This document shows positions 40,140 through 52,040 of a stretch of 64,000 nucleotides of DNA, piece by piece (the stretch's first letter is position 1; every line of letters starts with the position of its first letter). The notes below the pieces were generated by a model. The model ran no database searches and had not been told where the DNA came from. It saw only the letters and a program-made list of their open reading frames with translations. Where the stretch lies: positions 94,550,001 through 94,614,000 of the forward strand of contig NC_091992.1 of NCBI RefSeq assembly GCF_044704955.1, in the 5' to 3' direction. Position numbers and translations under genes: made by a program. The DNA is from Pristiophorus japonicus (Eukaryota).

Positions 40140-40299
40140 TAAAATAAGCTTTGTAGGATCTTCGTTTTAAAAAAAACACACGGGGCCTACCGAAACTAGA
40201 TCTGACCTAAACATGCACAGCAGGAACTGTTCCCCAGTCACAACCTGCATGCAACAATGTATATCATTGAGAGATAAATAAATAGCTGCATGCAACTTG

Positions 40300-40520
40300 C
40301 GCTGTACCCGGGCCAGGTGAAATTAACCTGCTGGAACACAAAGTATCCGGAAGTATCGCGCGTGTCGGTTGCTGCTGTAAGTCCCGCCTCCTCTCCATGG
40401 TGATTGGTGCAAACTCCAAACTTTGCAACGTTTTGGAATCGGAGACAACTGATTGGTCGATAAAGCTGCAAATCATCCCAACCAAGCGCCTGCACTGCCT
40501 CCCCGCCTCGGTTCGTGGCA
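40300..40520 (-). promoter_or_regulatory. Putative TATA-less B3GNTL1 promoter
   Basis: CpG-enriched; ETS site CCGGAAGT 40347-40354; GC boxes CCCGCCTC at 40383 and 40502; CCAAT boxes (ATTGG) at 40403 and 40452. Confidence 0.6.
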
Positions 40521-40937
40521 AGACTGGCTGGCTTTTGTTAATTGCTTCACCGACAACATGCATGTTTTTAATACAGGCAAAAAAAAATCTGGAAAATTTA
40601 AAGTTGATCAATCAGCACTGAAACAGTTCCACTGGTTATTTCATGATCATTTTACGGCTTTGCTCCAGCAAAGGGCCTCAAAACCCAATTAATTTCTGGG
40701 GATGTTACTGTGAAATCAAATAAACAATCGCTGAGTGGAGTTCTGGCTACTAACTACACAAAACCCTCCCTTTCCATAAAGGTGCAGTTAGGGGCATTTT
40801 ATATAAATATTAAAAATAGCATAAGAATTGCTTGTTTGCTTAGGCATTGCGACCAGAATAGGGTGCTTTCATTTATATATTTTTTTGTAAAGCTGCAGGG
40901 ATGTATGCAGAAGAAGCATCATATATGCTAAGGTTAT

Positions 40938-41373
40938 ACTGGGCTTGTATTCACTGGAGTTCAGAAGAATGAGAGGGGACCTCATGGAAACGTTTAAAAT
41001 TCTGATGGGTTTAGACAGGTTAGATGCAGGAAGAATGTTCCCAATGTTGGGGAAGTCCAGAACCAGGGGTCACAGTCTAAGGATAAGGGGTAAGCCATTT
41101 AGGACCAAGATGAGGAGAAACTTCTTCACCCAGAGAGTGGTGAACCTGTGGAATTCTCTACCACAGAAAGTAGTTGAGGCTAATTCACTGAATATATTCA
41201 AAAGGGAATTAGATGAAGTCATTACTACTCGGGGGATCAAGGGGTATGGCGAGAAAGCAGGAAGGGGGTACTGAAGTTGCATGTTCAGCCATGAACTCAT
41301 TGAATGGTGGTGCAGGCTAGAAGGGCTGAATGGCCTACTCCTGCACCTATTTTCTATGTTTCTATGTTTCTAT
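40938..41373 (+). mobile_element. Young CR1 3' fragment
   Basis: ORF 40945-41274; near-identical (inverted) to 51119-51545; (TTTCTATG)n tail. Confidence 0.92.
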
Positions 41374-41867
41374 GCTAAGCCAAATCTTAATTTGACTAAT
41401 TTTAGCTGTAATAAACAGCAGCACAGAACACCAGTACTTGCTGCAGATGGGGACTCTGATTCATTATTTAAATTAATGCTTGGGTTTGGGCATTGCTGGC
41501 AAGGCCAGCATTTATTGCCCATCCCTAATTATCCCTGAGAAGGTTTTGAGCCACCTTCTTGAACTTCTGCAGACCCTGTGGTGAATCCTGTGTGGATACT
41601 CCTGGATTTTGCACTTCAGTTCTGAATATCACTTCTACCGCCCCACACCACCCGCAAATTGAAGGCAAGTTGAAGATCCACATCCCATTTTATCAAAGGT
41701 TAAATATCCTGGGACTTTCCACATTCTCCACAGTTGCAAATAAAAGATTTGATTTCCTACTTAGTTGCAGAATGCTTTTTGAAGAGCTCATAAAATAAAC
41801 ATATTTAAATTACAGAACTTGAATAATTATGACAGTGCTAAGGTAAACTATCCTTTTTAGGAGTCCT

Positions 41868-42560
41868 TGGGGGGATAAATTCAGTTGTGCCTCATTTGGG
41901 GCGGTAACCCAGGTGGAGTGGTAATTTTAACGCCTTGAAAAAGTTTGCGCCCTCTGCCCAAAAATTCGTCAGAATCGGTTGAAGAGGTGACAGGGACACT
42001 AAATCAGCCATTGCACACCAGCGCTGGGGGGACAATTAACGAAAATTCCAGCGCTAAATTTAACCGAGTCATTGCGCATGCGCCAAACTCCGAATCAGAT
42101 CCCGGGAAAAGCCGAGTCTTAAAGGCACGGCATAGTAAAAGTTTTCAAAATCACTTTTTTTCAAGCTGAACTCTTACTTCTGTCTGCCGCTGCAAACTCG
42201 GAGGCTCACCACCGTGCTGTGTGTAAACGTTGCATTGGCTGTGACCTCCGAGGGAAGTGCTTCCTCATCCTTTTAAGTAGCCACCAGTTAACGACTCTGC
42301 AAGCCTGTACCGACTGTTTTTTCAGATGTTGTTCTTGGCGGCCGCAAATGAGGCGGCTGCAACTATTTTCAGACCGGGATGCAAGCGTGGATGTTGTACC
42401 AGGAATACGTTATGATTGGAGCGATCGTCAGCAGCCAGGCACAACTGGTTTGCGTCACCCGGTGAGCCTCTAATGAATTTTCAGTCGGGGCGTTAAATGC
42501 TCCCATTAACACCCCTCTGGCCACTAACTGAGGCTATAGACAACCAAAAATCCAGCCCCT
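41868..42560. mobile_element. Harbinger-like MITE
   Basis: Imperfect TIRs GGGGGATAAATTCAGTTG .. CAACCAAAAATCCAGCCCC. Confidence 0.5.
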
Positions 42561-43019
42561 TGAGTTTACTATGCAAAACAGAATATTTCATTACCTGAGC
42601 TTACTGATTCTCAAAATACCACCAAGCTAGAACCTACCTGAAAAATCACCCAACAAAGTGATGGACATTGGTCTTCAAGAGACAATCCTCTGTGACAGAA
42701 AATTGTTAACAATTCTGACCTTGATCTGATGATTTGATATGGCTAGATGCCCATTTGGGCCTTTGAAACGCAAGGTTCTTTAGCTAAGGATGGTATTTTG
42801 GTTTAGTGATTAGTCTATCCAATCACATCACAGCACACTGCACCGCACAAGCATCTCTGCAGCGGTACATTGGATTGCTCTGTAATAATGATCAAGATTG
42901 TGGTTAACCATCTTGGTAAATGTGTATTTTGTTCCCTTTGCAAAAATCCAGAAATAAAACCAAAAACTCGTATTTTTAAACACACATATGTTTGGTCCCG
43001 TTATTACAAGGCTACAACA

Positions 43020-43600
43020 TAATTATGGATGAGGTAAGCCATTTGGTCCATCTTAATTTATCTGTCAAAAAAGATCCAAAAGTCCCCTCCCCCATTCCAG
43101 TATCCAATTGATTCTTTAACAATTCCAGGACTTCTGTCTCCTGGATGTCTATTCCATGTATTGATACCTCTTTGTGTGAAGGAAAATGTCCTGATATCCG
43201 TTCTAAATTTACCTTTCACAATTTAATCTAAGGCAATATTACAGATTTATCTTATCCATTCCATTAACTACCTTATACACTTCTATAAGATCACCTCACA
43301 GATGCCTATGTTTCAGACATAAGTCTCTTTTGTCTTTCCTCATAACTTAGACCCCGAACAATAAGGATCTCTGCACTCACTTCATTGCTTGAATAGCTCC
43401 CTTGTCTCTTGGTGACCAGAACTGAACACAGTGCTCAAGGTGTGGTTTGACCAGAGGATTAACCAATTTGGTCACAACTTCCTCTGACTTGTGTTCTAGT
43501 TTCAGCAATGTAGTTCAACATTCTATTGGCTTTGTTGATTGCTGCTCTGCATTGGTTGGACATGTTGAACTTTGAGTCCACTGAGACACCTAGATCTCAA
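43020..43600 (-). mobile_element. Old CR1 fragment
   Basis: Minus-strand LVKPHLEHCVQFWSP remnant; heavily diverged. Confidence 0.6.
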
Positions 43601-43675
43601 TCATGGATTATGTGTCTCGCTTATTTTTTTTTCCTATTACTACTATATTTAGATTAGTATAACTGCCTCTGATAG

Positions 43676-43896
43676 TGTGATGTATGTAGCACTCAAATCA
43701 CTGACTCCACACAGTCTGGTGTTGTAGTAACTGGTGTGACCTTAGTCCTTTATTGTGCAACTCCAAAGTGCCTCTCAGGTGTGGTGGGCAGCCTTTTATA
43801 CTCTGTCTTGCAGGTACTTTCAGGTCTCCCACCACAGCGCCCTCTGTGGCGCACCATTGTACTTATACATTTAATGTACCTGGACAATACATAACA
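43676..43896 (-). repeat. 3' LTR
   Basis: Direct repeat of 46563-46783 with 4 mismatches by eye; preceded on the minus strand by the PPT GGAACTGGGGGGGGAGTGAGA (43897-43917). Confidence 0.95.
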
Positions 43897-44870
43897 TCTC
43901 ACTCCCCCCCCAGTTCCAAACGCCATTGCCAGTAACCTCGGCCTTGTTCGTCCTGGTTGATTTGTGAGTGTGAGTCCATGACCATCCACTCCCCTCTTCC
44001 CCCCCATGTGGATATTATACTTGCGATCCGGTGCAAGCATGTGGTGTTTGCAGTCCATGGGTGATGAAGTACATGAGCATAACCTCCAACAGAAAGCAGG
44101 TATACATAGACAGTACATTTGTATGGTACATATAATATATGGTACAGATGTTATGTCAAAAGGTTGCAGGTACACTGAACAGTTATTTAATCCCAGCTCC
44201 TCTGGATGAGGTACGGTGGCGGTATACTGTCCCTTTTTGTCCGAGGTAATGGGCTGCACTGAGACAGGGTATCGCCACTAGTGCGTTGCCTCTGTTCTCA
44301 GAAAGTAGTCGCCTTAGCAGCTCATCTGCAGCCGCTGAACCATTGCATGAATCACATAAGTCGAAAATCGCATTAGTCCATCAGTCATGTTAGTCACGGA
44401 TGCATTACCCTTTTACTTGTACCTCGTGGTATTAACTCTTTTCATAATTCATATCCATTATTTTAAACACAGTAACCATTCAGCATTAAAATATTAACTC
44501 TTATCATAAATCCGTCATCCTACAATCACATTGCTCATTTAGAGTCGCTCTTGTCTTACAAAAGTCTCTTTGTGGGGACTCCCGGGTGCATTTCCCTTTT
44601 AAGACGCCATCTTGTGTTTTCCACGAGGCTTACACTGGGCGCCGCCATTTTAGTTGCTCTGCTTGCCTTTGTTCTGCTTGCCTTTCTCTGCAGAGCTCTG
44701 CTGCCACGAGGCTCGCCACCATCTTGAGCTCGCTGGCGTGATGTTTTGCTCTCTTTGTGCAGTTGTGGATGGAGTTTAAAGAAGGAATAGAAGGAATAAA
44801 GAAAGAAGGAAGAAAAACGGCCAAGAACAATTTGATCTTGACTCTGGCAGAAGTGGTTCTTTGGATTCGA

Positions 44871-45260
44871 TCAGTCATAGTCCCTGTGAGAGTGGCCTCC
44901 GTAAATGCTGCCATATCTGCCGCTCTGGCTCTTGTACCCTCCCGAGTAATCGCGTTCTCCCGAGTCACATCGGCTGCCGCCGTAGCCTCCGCCGCCACTG
45001 TAGCCTCCGCTCCTGTCATTGTCCCCATAACTGCCACCTCTCCTGCGGCCGCCGTAGCCGCCACCACCGTAGCCGCGACCGCCGCCCGACTTTTTCTCCG
45101 CGTGGACTTGCCGGCCATCGGTGGATTTCCCATTCATCACCTGCAGCGCCCCGCCAGCTCGCACCTCAGCGATTGGCCTGTACTTACAAAACTGCTCTTC
45201 CCGAGTCTGCTCATCTGTATGGGAATTTAGACTGCCGATGAACTGCTTCTTTTTCCTCCA
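44871..45260 (-). pseudogene. Intronless CIRBP/RBM3-like segment inside the LTR element
   Basis: KQFIGSLNSHTDEQTREEQFCKYRPIAEV (cf. RBM3 KLFVGGLNFNTDEQALEDHFSSFGPISEV), MNGKSTDGRQV (cf. CIRBP MNGKSVDGRQI), Gly/Arg/Tyr tail ending HRDYD*; the RNP1 segment is deleted. Confidence 0.85.
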
Positions 45261-45289
45261 GCTTGGTTGGCGCTGCTCTTTGGGAACCC

Positions 45290-46527
45290 AGGGGACAGCG
45301 GTCTGTGGAGGAATGAAGTCTTCCCAGCTCCCACGGACCTTCCCCATCCACCTCCTGCTGAGTAGCGTCAGCCCATCGCCTGCAATGATCCACAAAATAA
45401 ACCAAGCGTTTCGCCCCCGAGAGATACCTGCACATCTGCTCTTCAAGGAACAGGTATCAGTTCCCTGGTGTAGGTGCGCAGCTTCGCTGTGACCGGGACC
45501 AGCTTGGGTCGCGCAGCTGGGTTGACCCACAGTTTATCAAAAGTTTCCTCACTCATCAACGACAGACCCGATCCAGTGTCCACTTCCATACTCACGGGGA
45601 CTCCGTTAAGCTTTACTTCCATAATCACTGGGGCCGAATCGTCGGTACACGTATACAGTCCAAACGCTTCATCTTCTACTGCCTGCTCCTCGCTGGATTC
45701 CTCTACCATCTCCTCAGCCACACGGTGAGTCAGGTTTTTTTTGCACATACGCTGAAGGTGGCCTTTCGTGTGGCAGGCATTGCACGTATACACCGCAAAC
45801 CTGCACCGGTGAGCCCCATGGCTTCCTCCACAGCGCCAGCATGGTGCACTCGACTAGCCCCCCTCGGCGGACTCTGAGTTCCTAGACCCCGAGGTCCGTG
45901 CTCTCTATCCTGGGCAGAGCCATGTTCTGCAGTTTTGTCCGTGGCGGGCGCTATCCTGTGGACAGTGCCTGCCGTGTTCGAGACTGTGTGGATCATCTGC
46001 TTGGTGCTACAAGTCGAGGTCATAAATGCCCTGCTGATGGTGATGGCTTGCATCAGGGTGACTGTAGGTTCAGTGGATAGCAGCTTGTGAAGGAGACCCT
46101 CATAGCCAATCCCCATAACAAAAACGTCTTGCAATGCCTCGTCAAGGTGTGTGCCAAAATCACACGGCGCCACGAGTCTCCTGAGGTCTGTAGCATATTT
46201 GGTGACATCCTGGCCCTCAGGTCTGCAGTGATGGTAGAATTTGTGCCTGGCCGTGAGGATGCTCTCCTTCAGTTTCAGTTGGTCACGAATGAGTTCGATC
46301 AGCTCCTCATACGACTTGTCCCTGGCGCTCGCGGGTGCCAGCAAATCCCTGACGAGACAGTAAACCTCATCGTCACAACTGGAAAGCAATATCGCCTTAC
46401 GCTTCTCTCTCAGTGCGTCCGTGCCCCCCGTCAGGTCGTTTGCTGTAAAGTAGTACTCGAGCCTTTCCGTAAAGGCCTCCCAATCACTGCCCACCGTAAA
46501 ATCCTTTAATGAGCCCAGAGTAGCCAT
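45290..46527 (-). pseudogene. gag-protease of the LTR element (disrupted)
   Basis: MATLGSL..DWEAFTERLEYYFTAND; twin knuckles CWRCGGSHGAHRC and CNACHTKGHLQRMC; protease VDTGSG and LWIIAGDGLTLLSRRW. Frameshift at ~45850, stop at 45443-45445, frameshift at ~45398. Confidence 0.9.
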
Positions 46528-46545
46528 GGTTGAGTGAAGCTTGTC

Positions 46546-46562
46546 CGTGTCCTCTTTGCCAA
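46546..46562 (-). promoter_or_regulatory. Primer-binding site, probably tRNA-Ser(GCU)
   Basis: TGGCAAAGAGGA right after the 5' LTR; 10/12 match to TGGCGACGAGGA, the recalled complement of the vertebrate tRNA-Ser(GCU) 3' end. Confidence 0.65.
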
Positions 46563-46783
46563 TGTGATGCATGTAGCACTCAAATCACTGACTCCACACA
46601 GTCTGGTGTTGTAGTAACTGCTGTGACCTTAGTCCTTTATTGTGCAACTCCAGAGTGCCTCTCAGGTGTGGTGGGCAGCCCTTTATACTCTGTCTTGCAG
46701 GTACTTTCAGGTCTCCCACCACAGCGCCCTCTGTGGCGCACCATTGTACTTATACATTTAATGTACCTGGACAATACATAACA
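46563..46783 (-). repeat. 5' LTR
   Basis: Direct repeat of 43676-43896; on the minus strand it has a TATAAA-like box and AATAAA. Confidence 0.95.
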
Positions 46784-48004
46784 GATAGCATTTATACAAT
46801 CTTCAGCAATCCTTCATAAATAACTGAAATATTTTTGGAGAAATTCTTCTGTGTTTTTTCTCATATGTAATCACACAATGGCAAGGATTGTTATGTTAAA
46901 TATGTTCTCATTTATACATTGAAAACGATCATCGCTATAATTAGATATCTCAAACTCATTATGAATTCCTGACTCACGTTCCAATTATGTTCACAGACCT
47001 GCAGATCTGGTTGATAAAAAAATCTTCAGCTTACTTTATGCCAAATCAGGAAACATTTTCCATTCCATTTGCAGATGATAAATTCCTACCAACAACATTG
47101 ATGCAATATGTTGTTTTTTACCTGGACCTAATAACAGCCTGCATTATAAGTTAAGATTCTTGTACCGTTTATTAAAACAATATTTAATTTGATCCTAAAT
47201 TATGGCCCTCTCATGGCGTAACTCACATTTAATCATTTAATCATGGTAGACATTTGTGTAAGATGCCATGAGTGATAGTGGGGGGTCAGTTAAACTTTAG
47301 GTTTAATATAGGCAACATCGGAACGGCAGCCCGTTCTACCCCATTATTGAATGTCCTTTCCAGGAAAATCGCGGGAGATGTATAAAGGGCTTCCGATCCT
47401 AAATTACTCATTTTACACCATTATCAAAAGTCCAAATTACCCCCATTGAAGAAAGTGAAAATTGGTTCTTGGGGAATTTAGCCTATCAGAACAAATGGAC
47501 AATGATCAACTATTTTTTGAGTGGACCATTCAGTGTAAGTGAAAGGAGGTGAATCGTTTTTTTATTATTTCCTGGAAAAAGTGACTTCGTCCGAAAAGCA
47601 AGACAGATGTCATGGTGCGACAATCTCAATTAAAATGTATTGTCTGCTTTCTGCATTTCCTGTCTGATAAGTCACACTTCCTTTGTTACACTTCAGGTGT
47701 CACACTTTGGGATCATTTATTTATAGGCGTAAACTTCATTTTCATAAAAGAGTAATAAATCAGAACACAGCAGCAGGGGATGCACAAGTCAAAGGCAAAC
47801 AAAGGATTAGAAATCTACCACTGAGGAAGTACAAAGCACATGTGAAAACAAATATTAAGAATGAACAGCAAGGATGGCTTCAAAACATCCTAAACTTAGT
47901 TTGGGATCCCAACTTGAATTCCCCCCCACCCCCGCCGCCCCCCACCCACCCCCCCCCCCAAGTATGAATTTATAAGTAAAAGTAACAACTATAACTCAAG
48001 AAAC

Positions 48005-48548
48005 CCATAAGAACATAAGAAATAGGAGCAGGAGTAGGTCATTTGGCCCCTCGAGCCTGTTCCGCCATTCAATAAGATCATGGCTGATTTGATCTCCGCC
48101 TCAGCTCCACTTCCCTGCCCGCTCCCCATAACCCTTTAGTCCCTTATCGTTCAAAAATCTATCTATCTCCACCTTAAATATATTCAATGACCCAGCCTCC
48201 ACAGCTCTCTGGGGCAGAGAATTCCACAGATTTACAACCCTCTGAGAGAAAAAAAATTCTCATCTCAGTCTTAAATGGGCAATCCCTTATTCTGAAACTA
48301 TGTCCCCTTGTTCAAGATTTCCCCACGAGGGCAAACATCCTCTCTGCATTTATCCTGTCAAGCCCCCTCAGAATCTTATATGTTTCAATAAGATCACCTC
48401 TCATTCTTCTAAACTCCAATGAGCATAGGCCCAACCTGCTCAAACTTTCTTCATACGATGACCCCTGCATCTCAGGAATCAATCTAGTGAACCGTCTTTG
48501 AACTGCCTCCAACGCAAGTATATCCTTCCTTAAAAATGACCAACTCTG
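48005..48548 (-). mobile_element. CR1 3' fragment
   Basis: LEAVQRRFTRLIP..SLEFRRMRGDLIETY. Confidence 0.9.
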
Positions 48549-49121
48549 TGTAACATGCTTATTTTTACTCATAGAGCAGCCTATATTGTGTTGTTAAATC
48601 CCAGGAAAATGTATTCTTGGAGAGGCCTACTCCCATCTCACAGAGTTCAATTTGGTGTACTTGGCTGGAACATCAATTATTGGGTTGAGCTTTGCTAATC
48701 ATTTGTCCTGCAAATGCCTTGGTAACTCCTGATTGGCTGCTGTACATATCAATCACAGTAAGCCCCTTCCCTTATCATTTTGGTTCCAGAAGCAGTAAGC
48801 TGTGCCAAGACTCACAGTTTGCAAGTACTGTGCTCTTGCGCATCAGTGGAAAACCCTGCATGAAACCTGTATGTAACTGTTTTCTTTTTTTGTATCAGAC
48901 CTTCTAAAAATGAGGTTTTTGGACTTTTTTTCTGAGCTAACATGTAAATAATGAGATGCAAGAGCTTGTTTATTTAGGTTTATTAAAGCAATGTTATGTT
49001 TATGTATTGTTACACCCCCAATCAATCTCTTCAGAGTAAAGCATGAGCTCCTCATCTTTTTCTGATTTTTTTTTGAAAAAACAATTATATTCAAGGATAT
49101 TTCAATTACAATTATTATAGA

Positions 49122-49482
49122 GTATTTACAGCATAGAAACAGGCGCGATAGGTCCATGCCGGTGTTTATTCTCCACACGAGACTCCTCCCACCCTTCTTC
49201 ATCTAACTCTATCGACATATCTTCCTTTCTTCCTCAGCTGCTTATCAACTTCCCCTTAAATGCATCTATGCTAGTTGCCTCAGCTACGCTGTGTGGTAGC
49301 GAGGTCCACATTCTAACCACTCTCTGGGTAAAGAAGTTTCCCCTGAATTCCCTATTGGATTTGTGAGTGACTGTCTTATATTTATGACCCATAGTTCTGG
49401 TCTCATCCGTAAGTGGAAACAACATCTCTACGTCTACCCTTTCAAACCCCTTCATAATCTTAAAGACGTCTAACAGGTCACC
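49122..49482 (-). mobile_element. CR1 3' fragment
   Basis: Matches 24112-24580. Confidence 0.8.
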
Positions 49483-51018
49483 ATTTCAGTGTGTCGTATA
49501 TCTTACAGATTGAAACAAATGGAATCTGTATATTTTGCAATGTATTCTAGATAGATACAGCACTCGAGTTTTATTTATACTGAGAACTTGAACACCATAA
49601 TTGTTCATAAGCATACTATGTAAATATGTAAATAGATCCATTTATATAACTGCAGTAGTTATTTATTTATTTATCTAGCTACTGGTAGTGGGTAAGTAAA
49701 ATACTATTTTATGTATTTTGATGAACAAATAAAACGTCTCTTGCTTCACCGTCTTTGGACAGATCTCTTACAATCTTCTTTTCAAACTCTTTCACTGAAG
49801 GTGTTTGCCCCTCCCCCATTTCCACACCCCTCCCACCTTGGAACAGCATCATTTCTGATTCGCTATGGACAATACCACAGGAAATCTGATATATGAACTT
49901 GTAACAATGACATTACAGTAGTTAATCATCGATGTCATTGCATGTCAATTGCATAAAACATCCCAGCCATTAATGTTGTCACGACACGCTGCCAAGCACA
50001 AGAAGTAAAACTCAAAATGAAATAAAACTACTTTCAGCAATTCCACAGTTTATATTATGAAAATAAGGGATACATTGGAGTGATTTGAAGATGATAAATT
50101 CCCAGGTGTCCCTAACTATATTTAGCAAGCTATTCGGAGTGCTCAAATTCTGTACCGTGTCCATCCTGTTATTGTACTGAATGTAATTGATTGTTAACTG
50201 TGAATAGTAGTTCTGAATTTCACTTCGATTTAATCTTAGAATGGGAGCCCCATCATCAGTATGTTTTTAAAAAAATAAATTAAACTGTTTAAAAGGAGTT
50301 GAGGGTTATGGGGAATGGGCAGTGAAGTGGAGTTGAGGCCAAGATCAGATCAGCCATGATCCGATTGAATGGAGGAGCAGGCTCGAGGGGCCAAATGGCC
50401 TACCCCTGCTCCTATTTCTTATGTTATGTATAAAATAACTATAATTAACTTTCTTTCCCCGCTTATTACTAATGTTTCCTTTAATGTTTTTGTCAGTGAG
50501 GTGAGTGCTGATGATCTCATTGAGATTTTTGGTTGGGAGGAGCTTATGATTCAGAGGGTGTGAAGACATTGAATGAACAGTGACAGAAAAACTGTCATTA
50601 ATTAAACGCGACAGCTTCAACACTCCTGACATTTCAACTATGCACGGATTTCCTCATACCAATGGGCCCAGCAGTGGAATCCAGAGAATGCCCCAATGAT
50701 GTCGTCAGCAGTCTTTTTAAAAACATAAATATATTTTTTTAAAGATTTATATAGAAATTACAACACAGGAACAGACCATGGAAACCCAACAGCCCATGTT
50801 GATGTTTATCTTTCACACGAGCACTAGTCCTAAGCCTATGTGCCCACTTTGTTCTCACATTTCTTTATCTCCCTTTCCTTCAGCCAGCCATCTAACCTGT
50901 TCTTAAATGTTGACATGGTTTCTGCTCCAATCAATACCTCTATGCACAGACTCACAATTGTCTGTGTAAAAAGGTTCTCTTGATCTCCATCTAAAATCTC
51001 TTACAATTAATCTTATCT

Positions 51019-52040
51019 GTGGCTCAGTGGGTAGCACACTCACCTCTTGAGTCAGAAGGTTGTAGATTCAAGTCCACATCTAGGGACTTGAGCACATAAA
51101 TCTAGGCTAACATTTCATCATAGAAAATAGGTGCAGGAGTAGGCCATTCGGCCCTTCTAGCCTGCACCGCCATTCAATGAGTTCATGGCTGAACATGCAA
51201 CTTCAGTACCCCATTCCTGCTTTCTCGCCATACCCCTTGATCCCCCTAGTAGTAAGGACTTCATCTAACTCCTTTTTGAATATATTTAGTGAATTGGCCT
51301 CAACAACTTTCTGTGGTAGAGAATTCCACCGGTTCACCACTCTCTGGGTGAAGAAGTTTCTCCTCATCTCGGTCCTAAATGGCTTACCCCTTATCCTTAG
51401 ACTGTGACCCCTGGTTCTGGACTTCCCCAACATTGCGAACATTCTTCCTGGGGCATCTAACCTGTCTAAACCCGTCAGAATTTTAAACGTTTCTATGAGG
51501 TCCCCTCTCATTCGTCTGAACTCCAGTGAATACAAGCCCAGTTGATCATCAAAGGCATTCCCTCGAAATCAAGGAAGACTTGCTTCCACTCTAAAAGTGA
51601 GTTCTCAGGTGGCTGTACAGACCAATGCGGGAATTACAGTCTCTATTACAGACAGTGGTTGAAGTGGCTAACATTCCAGTGCAGTGCCAAGGGAGTGCTG
51701 CACTGTTGGTGATGCAGTCTTTCGGATGAAACGTTAAATCGAGGCTCTGTCTGCTCTCTCAGGTGGGTGTAAAAGATCCCATGGCACTATTTTGAAGAAG
51801 AGTAGGGGAGTTATGCCTGGTGTCCTGGCCAATATTTATCCCTCAATCAACATAACAAAAACAAATTATCTGGTCATTATCACATTGCTGTTTGTGGGAA
51901 CTTGCTGTGCGTAAATTGGCTGCCGCGTTTCCCGCAGTACAACAGTGACTACACTCCAAAAGTGTTCCATTGGCTGTAAAGCGCTTTGAGACATCTGGTG
52001 GTCATGAAAGGCACTATATAAATGCAGGTCTTTCTTTCTT
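51019..52040 (+). mobile_element. Deu-domain SINE carrying nested RTE-tail and CR1 insertions
   Basis: SINE head 51019-51114 resumes at 51666; GGCTAACATT is duplicated; CR1 (-) 51119-51545; RTE tail (-) 51545-51665. Confidence 0.85.

Larger units (their letters stand above)
43676..46783 (-). mobile_element. Complete non-autonomous Gypsy (Mag-clade-like) LTR retrotransposon
   Basis: Two 221-bp TG..CA LTRs; 5-bp TSD GATAG (43671-43675, 46784-46788); PBS and PPT present; gag and protease present; no RT/RNase H. Confidence 0.93.

Noticed and set aside
44757-45241. Ala-rich plus-strand ORFs and the 44630-45133 minus-strand ORF
   Set aside because: Antisense or alternative-frame shadows of the Gly-rich CIRBP-like segment
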